From positions 806,001 through 870,000 of the forward strand of contig BROI01000001.1 of NCBI GenBank assembly GCA_027923505.1: DNA of 64,000 nucleotides, given 5' to 3'. This DNA is from Mayamaea pseudoterrestris. Lineage: Eukaryota. The notes below the pieces were generated by a model. It saw nothing but the letters and a program-made list of their open reading frames with translations, searched no databases and was not told the DNA's origin. Positions within the stretch are counted from its first letter, which is position 1; each line of letters begins with the position of its first letter. A program made the position numbers and the translations under genes. This document shows, piece by piece, positions 36,001-45,808 of this stretch.

Positions 36001-38489
36001 AACTTTCCGAAAAGGTTCTCGCTACGGAAGCTTTTATTCTCGAATCGCTGGACTATGATATCTTTTGGCGTGGTGTTGACTGGATCCGTTCAGCAGCAAT
36101 TGGTGCTGGACAATTGCAACCAAGACAAATAAACGAAATATTCGAATTTATGTTCACTGGTCCAGTCCTTGGATGTGGTCATGACTTATGGCTACGATAC
36201 GGATTTGAATATGTCTTTGCTGTCGCCTCCGGGCTTCTCCAAATTGAATCGAAATACTTATTTTCTGCTTTATCACTAATTCCTCTAAAAGTTTCGCGGG
36301 CGGCAGAGCTACTTGTTGAGTCGTTGAAGTTGAACCGCTCACCCGGCAAAAGTTTAAAGCATCACCATTTGTTAGAGGGCAACAAATGGGAGCTTGAGAG
36401 GCGACTTCCGCTTTTGAAACAGGCATGCATTGATGCCATGACATCATCGCTTCAGCAACGAGCTTATGATTCTACTATAATATCGGCGGCGGACCAGCGA
36501 TATAAACTCATTGGGCAGCAATGCCAACAATGGTATGTGATTTCGGGCATCCCCACGCAGCAAATGCGAGACTTTATAATGCCACATCTTGCCAGAGTAT
36601 CGGCAGAAAGCAACTGTACCATCTTTATTGAACGGGGCAGTGCTGATGGCATGGAGGACATATTATTTGCGGGCACGTGGAGAGCTATATACCTCGCCGA
36701 CAACCTCTTGCGACTCGCTTTAAACGACACCTTGACATTGCCCGTCGTCACCAGGGGCTCGGAATCGCAGCAAGACAACGCAAAAATTCAGTCAAAGACT
36801 GCACCCGGGCGCATTGGACGGAAGGAGTTGTTGATTGATAGTAAGTGGGAAGGCACGAGTTTGTCGAAGATTTGCAACGAGTCCGTGGGCGATCGCTTTC
36901 TTGGCGGAAAAAGCTTTGCAGCTGGTCGAGTTACTGTCGGAAGTCTTCGTAATTCCGGCCTTCGTTGGTGGCTTTCTAAGGAGCTCAGCTTTTGCCCAAG
37001 TGGTTCATTGATCGACACGTTTGTGGTTCGTTCATCAGACGGTTTAGCGAGCCTCGGCCAGTTCGCAAGGGCTTTGGAAAGCGAGTCTGCGAAGTTTCCC
37101 ATGCTTTCCAGTACTGCTTTTAACGATACCCACAGCCAAATGTCATACCCTTTTGCTGCAGTCTCATCACAAGAATGGCCATCCGCCAAAGTCGCAAAGA
37201 TTGAGGCTGCGAAGGCTTCCAAAGTAAAAGGGGCAAGTGGTCTACCGGTGGCTGGCATATCAGCGGCGGCGCTGCAAGAAATGCAGCTGTTGACTCAGCT
37301 ACATTGCCTGATCACCGGCCCGTTGGGGCATCCGAATTTTCTTATCCCTTTTGCAATTGCCGCTACTGTTAAGAACAACAGTGAGTTAGATGCTAAGGCA
37401 CCAAACAGCATTATGACACATCCCATTGACCTTTTGAATGATCCAATGCACTCACTGTTTCAAACGCGCGACGAGAGTGCCAAAAAGTCTGGCTGTACTT
37501 CTTCAAATCAACCACATCTTCTTTTCCAACCGACACCGTTTCGCTTGCAACGTTTTCTTTCGAAGAAATACAACCGCGGGGTCGAGGATCTTCGGTCACA
37601 TTCGGCTCTAGTCGCATCATGGTTTCATGATTTGCTTTCGGCTGTTGTTCATTGTCATTCGAACAGCATTATTCTTCGAAATTTTGATTTGGATGAAATT
37701 GCCGTAGACCAAACCGGAACGCTCAAATTTACAAGTCTTTACCGGTCCAAGCTGCTGGAGAGTAAATCGCGAGAAATGATAGCCGGGAAGGTTCATGCCG
37801 AGCTGTTAAAGGCTGCACGGGCGAAGAGCAAGGAAAAGGGCAAGAAAAGTAAATGCGACGACGACGACAAGCCTAGTCCGTATACACCTCCAGAAATTCT
37901 GCTTGGCTGCCCATTGCACAGTCGAGAGAGCGATATATGGACCGTCGGCTGTATCTTAGCGCACTTGCTGCTCAACAAACCTCTTTTCGTCGGTGATGAT
38001 CGCGCGAAGCTTTTTGAATCCATGGCCAAGTTAGTAGGCACTCCTCGCGAAGATAACTTTGAGCTGCTTAAAAAATTTCCACACTTTCCGAAAGTGAAGA
38101 AGAATTATAAGCGCGGTGTCGAAAAAGGCTTGGAGCACATGCTGAAAGACGACGCTTCCGAGTACGAAAAGGCAATTGACCTTCTTGGTCGCATGCTGCA
38201 CTTGGACCCAACGAAACGATGCACTGCTGCGGAAGCCTTGGGTCACGAGTACATGGCTGACTACATGGAGAAGACCAATACAAGTAGTTTTCGCGAGCAA
38301 TACGTGAAGCAGTGGATGACCGTCAAAACCACGACACTCAAGCAAGCGAAAGGACTTGCTGACAGCTCACAAACCAAGCGCAAGCCCATGCTGATGGATT
38401 CGCGGGCAACCGAGGATGACGACGATGACTTGTACGGAATTGACGACTTGATGGCCGAACAGCCAAGCAAGCGACGAAGGAATGACTGA
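33054..38489 (+). CDS. 1811-aa multidomain protein: AWS-SET-postSET methyltransferase + Tudor-like + KH-like + cyclin fold + CDK-like (pseudo)kinase
   Basis: One uninterrupted ORF. AWS (EC...CPAGEYCGNKRLQ), SET (KGKGL, EYVG, LDARQRGSIARYVNHSCNPNC, EELSFDY), postSET (KCHCGESNCRG). Cyclin box (AAIILYRF...LACIYLANKAQ...LATEAFILESLDYDI). CDK-like region (GISAAALQEMQLL...HPNF, HCHSNSIILRN, YTPPEILLG, SDIWTVGCILAHLLLNKPLF, DLLGRMLHLDPTKRCTAAEALGHEY). Confidence 0.9.
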   Translation: MSRWGPSKSDRDAAASTHEGAVDATATDAASLDPASLASSETAETDNFAAANETKDNVDESGDANGDDLVDTDDEGTDAKHHDDDNDSSKLSKDEYDDFETIVKVEWGPRRGEDGYDTDQELAPRPRQTPEETCQCARAPGACSDYGCLLFACHEECRAKCPAGEYCGNKRLQQPWLFPKLKVVDCGPKGKGLVTRDAISKGQVCAEYVGRAVKANKLKQLFRRYQLDRRLYIMALDEGVYLDARQRGSIARYVNHSCNPNCKVERWKVRGVVRAAVVALREIKPNEELSFDYKWERKRGRAPTKCHCGESNCRGTLELAKSLDEANLEQQLQDQWLRTSLTDASIVNSTVRVFSKEHDEYFLGEVTGYDSDIQQHSILYRHDMNEAWEDLRKEDWMILDANVDRSDFLIAKKSNRKRRQSPTEGLIAAPPSSEEVLSFKNYLYIQSPVHQILQAKHYFEQCERNHVVHIHIQQLCKPPLPPNMKDPDDVAKYKALESSADGTVWKLSISGSGVGEAFVALEKQVLYLDKKFEQDYAAGGSLAASLTNPAISAATAAATLASEQQSRHQIIFPREISDHLKRDLPALRARCRTVNLNIFPSASVSKQFGRLVLDGALESDIASAKETIWNALLVLCVEAQAPLAPNKMPKNLGCYAGELTAAQFRLLSSGNERDKSELAEKNRLRMDACENLRKLCPFFVSFENTQQCTVWVQADYDKGRINSNNQIVSTSNSNSPKHFFIGYSPKEIPRLWTLIQTRVSELSRGVKYLHLGMDRVYQKLMMMNGNKFFDFVMRVASVKLDIDPMTGDHIRIDGRLSPHATVPPELSSKTEPERALLAEEVIMLQIEMYRDHCIREQSWIFGRDWSLVASAVPVVVETNASGSASLGQLDLKSAAQGATDIADTIAMLGLDPSVAAHAAIILYRFVVANTETSIKIRDAVLACIYLANKAQKLHNWKRLDQVVKVGFEAMYKSKFDENQDIEKLSEKVLATEAFILESLDYDIFWRGVDWIRSAAIGAGQLQPRQINEIFEFMFTGPVLGCGHDLWLRYGFEYVFAVASGLLQIESKYLFSALSLIPLKVSRAAELLVESLKLNRSPGKSLKHHHLLEGNKWELERRLPLLKQACIDAMTSSLQQRAYDSTIISAADQRYKLIGQQCQQWYVISGIPTQQMRDFIMPHLARVSAESNCTIFIERGSADGMEDILFAGTWRAIYLADNLLRLALNDTLTLPVVTRGSESQQDNAKIQSKTAPGRIGRKELLIDSKWEGTSLSKICNESVGDRFLGGKSFAAGRVTVGSLRNSGLRWWLSKELSFCPSGSLIDTFVVRSSDGLASLGQFARALESESAKFPMLSSTAFNDTHSQMSYPFAAVSSQEWPSAKVAKIEAAKASKVKGASGLPVAGISAAALQEMQLLTQLHCLITGPLGHPNFLIPFAIAATVKNNSELDAKAPNSIMTHPIDLLNDPMHSLFQTRDESAKKSGCTSSNQPHLLFQPTPFRLQRFLSKKYNRGVEDLRSHSALVASWFHDLLSAVVHCHSNSIILRNFDLDEIAVDQTGTLKFTSLYRSKLLESKSREMIAGKVHAELLKAARAKSKEKGKKSKCDDDDKPSPYTPPEILLGCPLHSRESDIWTVGCILAHLLLNKPLFVGDDRAKLFESMAKLVGTPREDNFELLKKFPHFPKVKKNYKRGVEKGLEHMLKDDASEYEKAIDLLGRMLHLDPTKRCTAAEALGHEYMADYMEKTNTSSFREQYVKQWMTVKTTTLKQAKGLADSSQTKRKPMLMDSRATEDDDDDLYGIDDLMAEQPSKRRRND

Positions 38490-38570
38490 GGGATTTATTA
38501 AATATGTCGCAACTTGCAAACCGAAACCACCTTTTGGTTTTGAACTCAGACAATAGACTAATAAGCTCTG

Positions 38571-39332
38571 CTACATCATTCTTACTTTGTCAATATATCT
38601 ACGTAGATACCGCAGCTGTCCGAATGCCTGTTATGAAGAGGCAAGAGTAAAAATCAATGAGGAAGTGTGAGTACATTCATGAAGAAACGAAAGACACTGC
38701 TTTCAATTCACCATACGCACCACAATCAAGACAAGCACGAGCTCGGCAACGCTCCAAGCCACAACGTAGCTAAAGGTATCCTCATGTACCATTCGATGTT
38801 GAGCTTCCCTCGCCTTGATGTAGTCATAGAATTCTCCCAGTTGCGTCATGCCAGTGCCCAAATCTCCAGCAAGCTGCATCCATTCTTCCGCAAAGAGATT
38901 GGTTTCAACTAACACTGGTGGAGCTTCCGATACAATTGGCCGTAGGTGAAACGAAAACTTGACAGTCTGCGATGGCAGTGTTTCATCGGCTGCAACATTT
39001 TGGAAGCAAATCCAGTAAGCGTGCACGGTGGAGCCTGGCAAGTCGATGCGAAACGTGTCCTTGGCTATGGACTTTGACTCGTAAAGAGCTTTGTCCTGGT
39101 AATCCAAAATTAATACATTGAGAGAAGAATCTGATGATGTAGGTATATTGCTGTTGTCTTGCTGTGATACGACTAGCTCAAAGCTTCCTTGCAGCATTCT
39201 TTGCTTCGATGTGCGTATTTGAAAGCATTCTTCATCCGACGCACCGAGTCGAAGAAATAGAGGGGTTGATGCTGATTTTCGTACATCAAAAACAAGGAAA
39301 TAGGTTGCTATGATTAGTATCCTTCGAGTCAT
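38571..39332 (-). CDS. p24/emp24/gp25L (TMED) family GOLD-domain protein
   Basis: Exons 39332-38721 and 38627-38571 (GT-AG intron). Signal peptide, EECF and YWICFQN, coiled coil YIKAREAQHR, TM, and tail AFGQLRYLRRYIDKVRMM*. Confidence 0.85.
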
Positions 39333-39655
39333 TGTCGTTCTCAAGTGGAACAGGAAAGTCGGTGCACGCATAATAAATGCGCCATGGTCGAATTCGTGGA
39401 TGGTCGCATTTGTCAGTGTCGTACTGGTGCTGCCTCGTATTCATTGTCGCTTAGACACCTAGCGACGCGACTCCGCGAGCGAGTCGGACTTGCAACGGTC
39501 ACGTGTTTTGCCTCATTGCAATTCAAGCGTCAATTTACCGTTGCTTTCGACCATGAGATTGCAGCACGCCGAGGCGGACAGCAGCTAAACCTGACATTGC
39601 ATACTACAGACGAGCAGCACTAAAGAAAAGTTGCTGCACGCAATATAGAAGAGCC

Positions 39656-42600
39656 ATGGATCCTCCGGTATCAGCGCGATCACATTCGCCGTCGACCATG
39701 CTGACGAGTCCCGATGCTGCTGCACCAACCCCCAAGCAATCCAAGCGGCGCGTTCCTCGCTCGCCTCGTCGAAGCTTGAGTCCCACCAAAATGTCAAGCT
39801 TGGACAAGGCGAGAGCAAGTCCTATTCGCATGTCAAGTCCAGATGTTGCAGCATCAGACATCAAGGGACGCAGCAGTCCATTGACAACCACACCGCGGAG
39901 CTCCACGACGACAGTCGAGCGACGAGACTCTCCAGCTCCATCACTGACAGTTCCAGATCTCCGCAGTAGTAACAAAAAGACTGAAGGGAACAACAATGCT
40001 GAACTATCGACGAGCAAACCGAGTCGTCCATCGACTCCAGCAGTTGCACGAAGTACGCCGAGTCGATCGGCAAGCAAGGAACTGACTCCGCCACCGACAG
40101 CGTCTAGCAGCAACACGCCAGCGACTGGCAACAACAACAGCAACTCGCAGTCTTACCTCAACCGCAAAGCGCACAAATTTAGTAGTTTGAAAAAGAAGAA
40201 GCAAGCTTCGGCGGCGGCTGGCGCTGCATCGTCTGGTCCATCATCTCCTGGATATTTCATGAGCAAGCTCTTTTGCCACTCGCTTCCGGACGATCGAAAC
40301 GATCAGAATACAACGACAGCAACTGAAACTTCAGCATCGGACGCATCCAAGGACAATGGAGCTGCAGATGAGCCAGAGCAAGGCTGCTTGTCCATTGCCT
40401 TTACGCAAGCGGCCGAGTCTTTGCGACTGGACAGTGAACGAACGGTGCGGCGCAACATACAAAAGGGCTTGTCGCAGGCAATGGAAGCGTCGACCGACCT
40501 GCATGTTTGCGAGGAGGTTTCATCGTCGTGTACGGAGATGCAGACGGACGCCAAAATGAGTTGTCAGGAACGAACGAGTGGAACGTGCGGACCGGTGAAA
40601 AATGGCAGCCCCAAGGCGCTACTGAACGAACAAGAGATTCATCAGCATCGCGAAATGGATAGCTTGACAAACAATATGACCATGGATAGTCAGGAAGAAG
40701 ATGGAGACGACGACAATGATGATTATGCCGACGATGAGTATGACGATGAGGCGGAACCAGCGGCTCTCCCAATTACAAAAGTTGCTTCGCTCTCCAAGCA
40801 GGAGCAGCAATCGTCGCCTACCAAGATGCTGCCATCTCCAACCAAATCAGCAACGTCCTCCCCTCGGCGGATGTCGTCGCCAAAAGTTGCAATTTCGACG
40901 CAGGAGCTGCAAGCGACTTCCTTCATTGCTTCCTTGACGCTACAAAAGAGCGAGGAGGAAATGGGCCGCGAGGAAGAGGAGGATGAATGGGAGACGACGG
41001 TTCAAGAAGCGCGGGACGATACAGTCGCAAAGGACACGGTCGTTGTTGTTGCGCCAAAGACTCCCTCCCCCAAGAACCTTCCGTCTTCTCCGGATCGGCC
41101 AGACGACGAGGAACAGGAGGATGCCATTACGATTGCGCGGCAGTCTTCGTCGCAGAGTCAAAGCTTCAGACAGAGCATGTCAGATCGGTCATCGCCCAGC
41201 AATGACTTTGACGATGACGACTTTTTGCCGAGCGACTTCAAGGCAACAAATAGCAGCAATCCAATGATGACCATTTTAAGCAATGTCATGAGCGCCGTGA
41301 GCCCGAAAGCCAGTCCAGCATCCACTAACAATCAACCTGGTTCACCCGCAGTAACCTTTACTTTGACTGAGGTACAAGACAAAGTTGCTGCCGCCGTAGA
41401 AGCTGCGCACGAGCAATGGGAAGCGGCAACGTTGGAGGACTTGGAATTTCAGCACAACGTCAAGCTCGCCATGGCGGTCAATGAGCATCGAGAGGAAGCG
41501 GAGCGTACTCTCCAGCTGCACACGGATCAGCTAAAGGAGGAGCATGATGCGGAAATGACAGCGCTATCCGAAACTTTCCAAGCCAAGTTTCACGACCTTA
41601 AAAATCAGGCAGTCTCCTCAAAGCAATTGGCGCGACAACGCGAAGAGGAAATGTATGAAATGGAAGCGGAATTAAACACGCTGCGCGAGACATCTACAAC
41701 TCATTCGGAGCTGCAAAGCAAGTATGCCGAGCTTGAGAAGCAGATTTTTGAAAAGTCACTCGCACACAATGCTACGTCGGAAGAATTAACCAAGGAGCGC
41801 AAGACAATTCTAGAGCTCAAGGCCAAGGGCCGGCAAGACTTGCTGGCACTGGAAAAAGAGAAGGATCAGCAGGTGACTGCTTTTCAACGCGAAATAACCG
41901 CCTTGGAAGATATGATACGCAAGTTAAACGCTGACCTTGTCGAGTCCAAGCATGCAGTGGAGTTTGAATTGAACGAACACATTGAAATTGTTAAGAACGA
42001 TTTGCAATCGGCTCAGCACCACCTTAAAGACACACAATTCGAGCTGGACAAGTGCCGCGAAGTGGTGGCGGACCGCGATATGATAATTGCGAAGCTTGAA
42101 GATGAACTTTCGGTCAATATGATTGAACTAACGGCGTGCAGGCGAACTTTGAGCGACAAGAAGGAGCAGATTGAAGCGCTTCGTGAGCAGCTCAACGACA
42201 CCATGAGTACTGCGCCTGATTTCGCACATTACCCGCAACTGGACCAGCTACAGGAGTCTTTAAACGAGAAGCATGCTCAGGTTGATATTCTCGCTTGCAA
42301 GCTTGCCGACAAGGAGAATGACCTTGGCGAAGCAAAGCAACAGCTGGCCGAAAAGCAGTCCCGTATCGACAATCTCCAGCAAGAGCTTGCTATCAAGGAA
42401 AGTGAAGTCCGCAACTCTCCTATAAAGCTGCGACAAGAGATGGCAGGTCTTCGACGTGAGAATGATCAGCTGGAACACGAGCTCAGGGTGCAGAAGAAAC
42501 TAGCGTCGCAGGATCTGCACCTATCGTCATCGGAGGATTCTCAAATGTCAACAGCATCGAGAGCGTCTGGCATTACGCCACCTCGACCAAGCATATTTTC

Positions 42601-45340
42601 TTCACCGACTCAAGGCACACCCTCCAAGCGACAGTGGCAACGCCAACCCAACATGAATTCTACTTTGAAGGAAAAGGACGACCAAATTGCCGCTCTTGAA
42701 AAAGATCTAAAAGAGATCCGCAAGAAGCTGCACGACGCAGAAGACGAGATGTTATGCATTAGTTGTGGCGGAATGCTTTCGCCGAGGAAGAAGGTGCGCT
42801 TTTTCGGTGAAACGGCAACTGACGAGAAAGAGGATGCCATTGTTCCTGAAAATCCGGCAATAACTGAAGAGCTTCTAAACGACGAAGGGTCCCATTCAAG
42901 TGTAGCCATTACGAATTTGCAGCAGCGCATTGAAGGCAAGATTCATTCTGTCCGAGCTAACATGCGCAAGAGCAACGAAAGTGATGCGAGTCGCTCTGAT
43001 ATGGTCGACATTGAGGCGCTCAAGTCTAAAATATGCGTCTTGGAACAACGATTGTCTGAAAAGGATATGGAGCTGGCCGCAAAAGTTTGTGAGATGACGG
43101 CGCCAGAGCATTCCACCGAAACAGATGCACTAATCAAAGCTCGGCAAGAATTGGCAGATCTTAAAAATCAACAAAAGGACATGATTGCTGCAAAGGAACA
43201 TGAGATCAATGAGCTTCGACTGCGTCTGATGTTCGTCCAAGAGTCGCTTGCTGAAAAGGAGAAAGAAATGTCCGCGCTGCTGGCTCGGACACAGCTACTT
43301 CGGATGTCTGACTCGTTTAGCCATGCATCCTCCCCGGCTGGCCAAACTCATTCAGCCAAATCGCGTACTCCCGCATCAAACATCAACGATAACCTCCGAG
43401 ATAGCATTGAACTGCATGAGAAAGAGAAGGAAGCCTATCGGCAACAAATTGCTGTCTTGGAAGAGCAAATTGAGACGCTGACAATGGGGCACGAGAAGTC
43501 ATTTGCTGAATTGAGACGCGCGAGTGAACAAGAACTTGTCGAACTCAAACGAGAAATGGAAATGCGTATTGAGAAGCACATGCGTACTGAGCGCGAGCTC
43601 AAAGACACCCTTTCTTCAGTTGATTCTGCAGATAAAGAAGATCTCATCGACAAGATTGAGCAACTTGAAAGTGCAAAGAAGGCAGATCGAACGGGTGGTC
43701 TCCGTGAAGTTCAAAAGAAGGAGGAACTTTTGCAACGCATCTTGCTCCTGGAGAAGAAGGAACGCGAACTGGCCAACGAACACGAGTTCAATCTCCAGCG
43801 GGTACGAGAATCCAGCGAACAGGAGATCCGTCGGCTGCGAAAGGAAATCGAAAGGACTCGGACCGACAGTCAAGAAAGAGAGTGGCAATTGCAGCAAGCC
43901 ATCTCAGCTACTGCCTCGTTTGAGAAGGAAGAGCTTCTGCAGACAATCGATAAGCTCGAAGCCAAATTGGAAAGCGAACGGAATTGCAGCGTGCTTGTCA
44001 AGATGAAGGTTACGTCGCTCGAAAAAGAAGCAAGATCTATTGCTGAAGCCCACCGAGATGAGCTTTTAGAACACACCAACCGTTTTCACGCTGAAGTGGA
44101 TTACCTACGAAAGCAACTTGCTGAATTGCATGGGATCGAAGATGCCATGCAAATTACAACCAATGATCGCGATACCCTCGAACAAGAGCTCCGGCAAACA
44201 AAAGAAGCCCTTGAACATTGCCAGACTGACTATCACGATCGCTTCAAACAGATGCAGGCGTTGCACGAAAAGGAAGTTGCGGATCTTCGTATGGAAATGA
44301 ATGCCGACATCGAGAAGACAGAAAACAGTGCAATGGAATCAGTAGAAGAGCTGGAAAGCAAAATTATAGAACTCAAAAGCAAGCTGGCCGCAGCAGACGC
44401 TGAGACTAAACAGATGAAGGAAGAACTCGACAGCACGAAGATATCCGCCAACGAACAGCTACAGAAACAGGAGAACGAATTGATTGGCCTCAGAAACAAG
44501 GTTACTTTAGATGCACAGGCACATCAAGCACAGATACGTGCTTTAGAACGCCAACTCGCAAACAACTCTGAAGTGCTAGCTGACCAATTAAAAACCAAAA
44601 CGAAAGAATATGGTACCAAGATTGATGCACTCCAAAAGCGTTTGGACAACAAGGACGCAGCACTCGTCGCATTGGGCGACCAATTGGCGGAGGCTAAAAG
44701 TCGATGTAAAAGTTTGGAAGATTCAGTGCTTTTGACAAAAAAGGAGCTTGAAGGGAGCAACGATTCAGCTAAAAAAGCTTTAAATGAGCTCGCTACAGTC
44801 GCGTCTGAATTGGCGGATCTCAAGGCAGCCCACGAACAATATATTGCAGAATGTATCATTGCGACAGAAGTTGCCTGCGACGAAGCTCGGCAAGAGACGA
44901 TACAACATGCCGAAATCCAGTTTAAGCAAGCCAATCAGCTGTACATCAAACTCAAGAAGCAGTACGATCTCTCCAAAAAGAAGGTTGAAAATCTCGAGAA
45001 AGATTTGCAAGTGACCAAGGGACGATTGGAGACCGCTGAAGCGACAGAAGTGAAGTGGAAAAAGGAAGTGGCCGAGCTGAAGCAATCGAAGTCCAAGATT
45101 GAGTCTGACGCAGCGATTAAAGCGAAGGAGTATCGCCGCGAAATGGAGCGACTTCTCACGGCAGCCGAAGGTTTTGAAAAGAAAACAAAGGAAGCAGAAG
45201 CGACAAATCGGACAAATCTTAAGAAGCTTATTCATGCCAATTCCGAGAAGGACAAGCTTCAAAAGGAATATATCGAGATCAAGAATGTGTGCGAGGAGCT
45301 TATGTCCATGGTGGAGGCACAGCAATCGGGGTCGCCATAG
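39656..45340 (+). CDS. 1894-aa protein: Ser/Pro-rich disordered N-terminus and long coiled coil with a TACC-like C-terminus
   Basis: Single long ORF with many SP motifs, then E/K/L heptads. The C-terminal EYIEIKNVCEELMSMVE resembles the end of the TACC domain (family call tentative). Confidence 0.8.
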   Translation: MDPPVSARSHSPSTMLTSPDAAAPTPKQSKRRVPRSPRRSLSPTKMSSLDKARASPIRMSSPDVAASDIKGRSSPLTTTPRSSTTTVERRDSPAPSLTVPDLRSSNKKTEGNNNAELSTSKPSRPSTPAVARSTPSRSASKELTPPPTASSSNTPATGNNNSNSQSYLNRKAHKFSSLKKKKQASAAAGAASSGPSSPGYFMSKLFCHSLPDDRNDQNTTTATETSASDASKDNGAADEPEQGCLSIAFTQAAESLRLDSERTVRRNIQKGLSQAMEASTDLHVCEEVSSSCTEMQTDAKMSCQERTSGTCGPVKNGSPKALLNEQEIHQHREMDSLTNNMTMDSQEEDGDDDNDDYADDEYDDEAEPAALPITKVASLSKQEQQSSPTKMLPSPTKSATSSPRRMSSPKVAISTQELQATSFIASLTLQKSEEEMGREEEEDEWETTVQEARDDTVAKDTVVVVAPKTPSPKNLPSSPDRPDDEEQEDAITIARQSSSQSQSFRQSMSDRSSPSNDFDDDDFLPSDFKATNSSNPMMTILSNVMSAVSPKASPASTNNQPGSPAVTFTLTEVQDKVAAAVEAAHEQWEAATLEDLEFQHNVKLAMAVNEHREEAERTLQLHTDQLKEEHDAEMTALSETFQAKFHDLKNQAVSSKQLARQREEEMYEMEAELNTLRETSTTHSELQSKYAELEKQIFEKSLAHNATSEELTKERKTILELKAKGRQDLLALEKEKDQQVTAFQREITALEDMIRKLNADLVESKHAVEFELNEHIEIVKNDLQSAQHHLKDTQFELDKCREVVADRDMIIAKLEDELSVNMIELTACRRTLSDKKEQIEALREQLNDTMSTAPDFAHYPQLDQLQESLNEKHAQVDILACKLADKENDLGEAKQQLAEKQSRIDNLQQELAIKESEVRNSPIKLRQEMAGLRRENDQLEHELRVQKKLASQDLHLSSSEDSQMSTASRASGITPPRPSIFSSPTQGTPSKRQWQRQPNMNSTLKEKDDQIAALEKDLKEIRKKLHDAEDEMLCISCGGMLSPRKKVRFFGETATDEKEDAIVPENPAITEELLNDEGSHSSVAITNLQQRIEGKIHSVRANMRKSNESDASRSDMVDIEALKSKICVLEQRLSEKDMELAAKVCEMTAPEHSTETDALIKARQELADLKNQQKDMIAAKEHEINELRLRLMFVQESLAEKEKEMSALLARTQLLRMSDSFSHASSPAGQTHSAKSRTPASNINDNLRDSIELHEKEKEAYRQQIAVLEEQIETLTMGHEKSFAELRRASEQELVELKREMEMRIEKHMRTERELKDTLSSVDSADKEDLIDKIEQLESAKKADRTGGLREVQKKEELLQRILLLEKKERELANEHEFNLQRVRESSEQEIRRLRKEIERTRTDSQEREWQLQQAISATASFEKEELLQTIDKLEAKLESERNCSVLVKMKVTSLEKEARSIAEAHRDELLEHTNRFHAEVDYLRKQLAELHGIEDAMQITTNDRDTLEQELRQTKEALEHCQTDYHDRFKQMQALHEKEVADLRMEMNADIEKTENSAMESVEELESKIIELKSKLAAADAETKQMKEELDSTKISANEQLQKQENELIGLRNKVTLDAQAHQAQIRALERQLANNSEVLADQLKTKTKEYGTKIDALQKRLDNKDAALVALGDQLAEAKSRCKSLEDSVLLTKKELEGSNDSAKKALNELATVASELADLKAAHEQYIAECIIATEVACDEARQETIQHAEIQFKQANQLYIKLKKQYDLSKKKVENLEKDLQVTKGRLETAEATEVKWKKEVAELKQSKSKIESDAAIKAKEYRREMERLLTAAEGFEKKTKEAEATNRTNLKKLIHANSEKDKLQKEYIEIKNVCEELMSMVEAQQSGSP

Positions 45341-45808
45341 AAGCTGAAGATAGAGCAGCGCTACAAGTGCACGGGGACGTTCTTACTACCTCAATTATAT
45401 GACAATTTGTATTCATGATATACACCTTTATCCATCAGTAACTTTAGCAGTAGACTGATTAGCTGGCTGCAATCGTTTGCTGGAGGACATTTGGGAGCGA
45501 GCCGATTTACTCGTACCTGTACGCATCTACGGTAGCTCACAGGGCAGCGCAGCCACAATGAGTGGCTTGGAAAGATGCCAAGGAGCGGCCTCGACGCTCA
45601 CTGCGCTTCTACATTTGACACTGCAAGTGTCATCAGCCAGCTATGCTTAAATTTAAGCGGAGTTGACCCCACAGCAGTGGCTCAAGGCATTAGGTTTCCA
45701 CACAAGATCATGACCGACTTATATATATATTATACGCGCAACTAAACACCTATTTATATTATCTATTATCTGTCTTGCTCATCCTGTGCTAAAGTAATTG
45801 CTTTCTCG

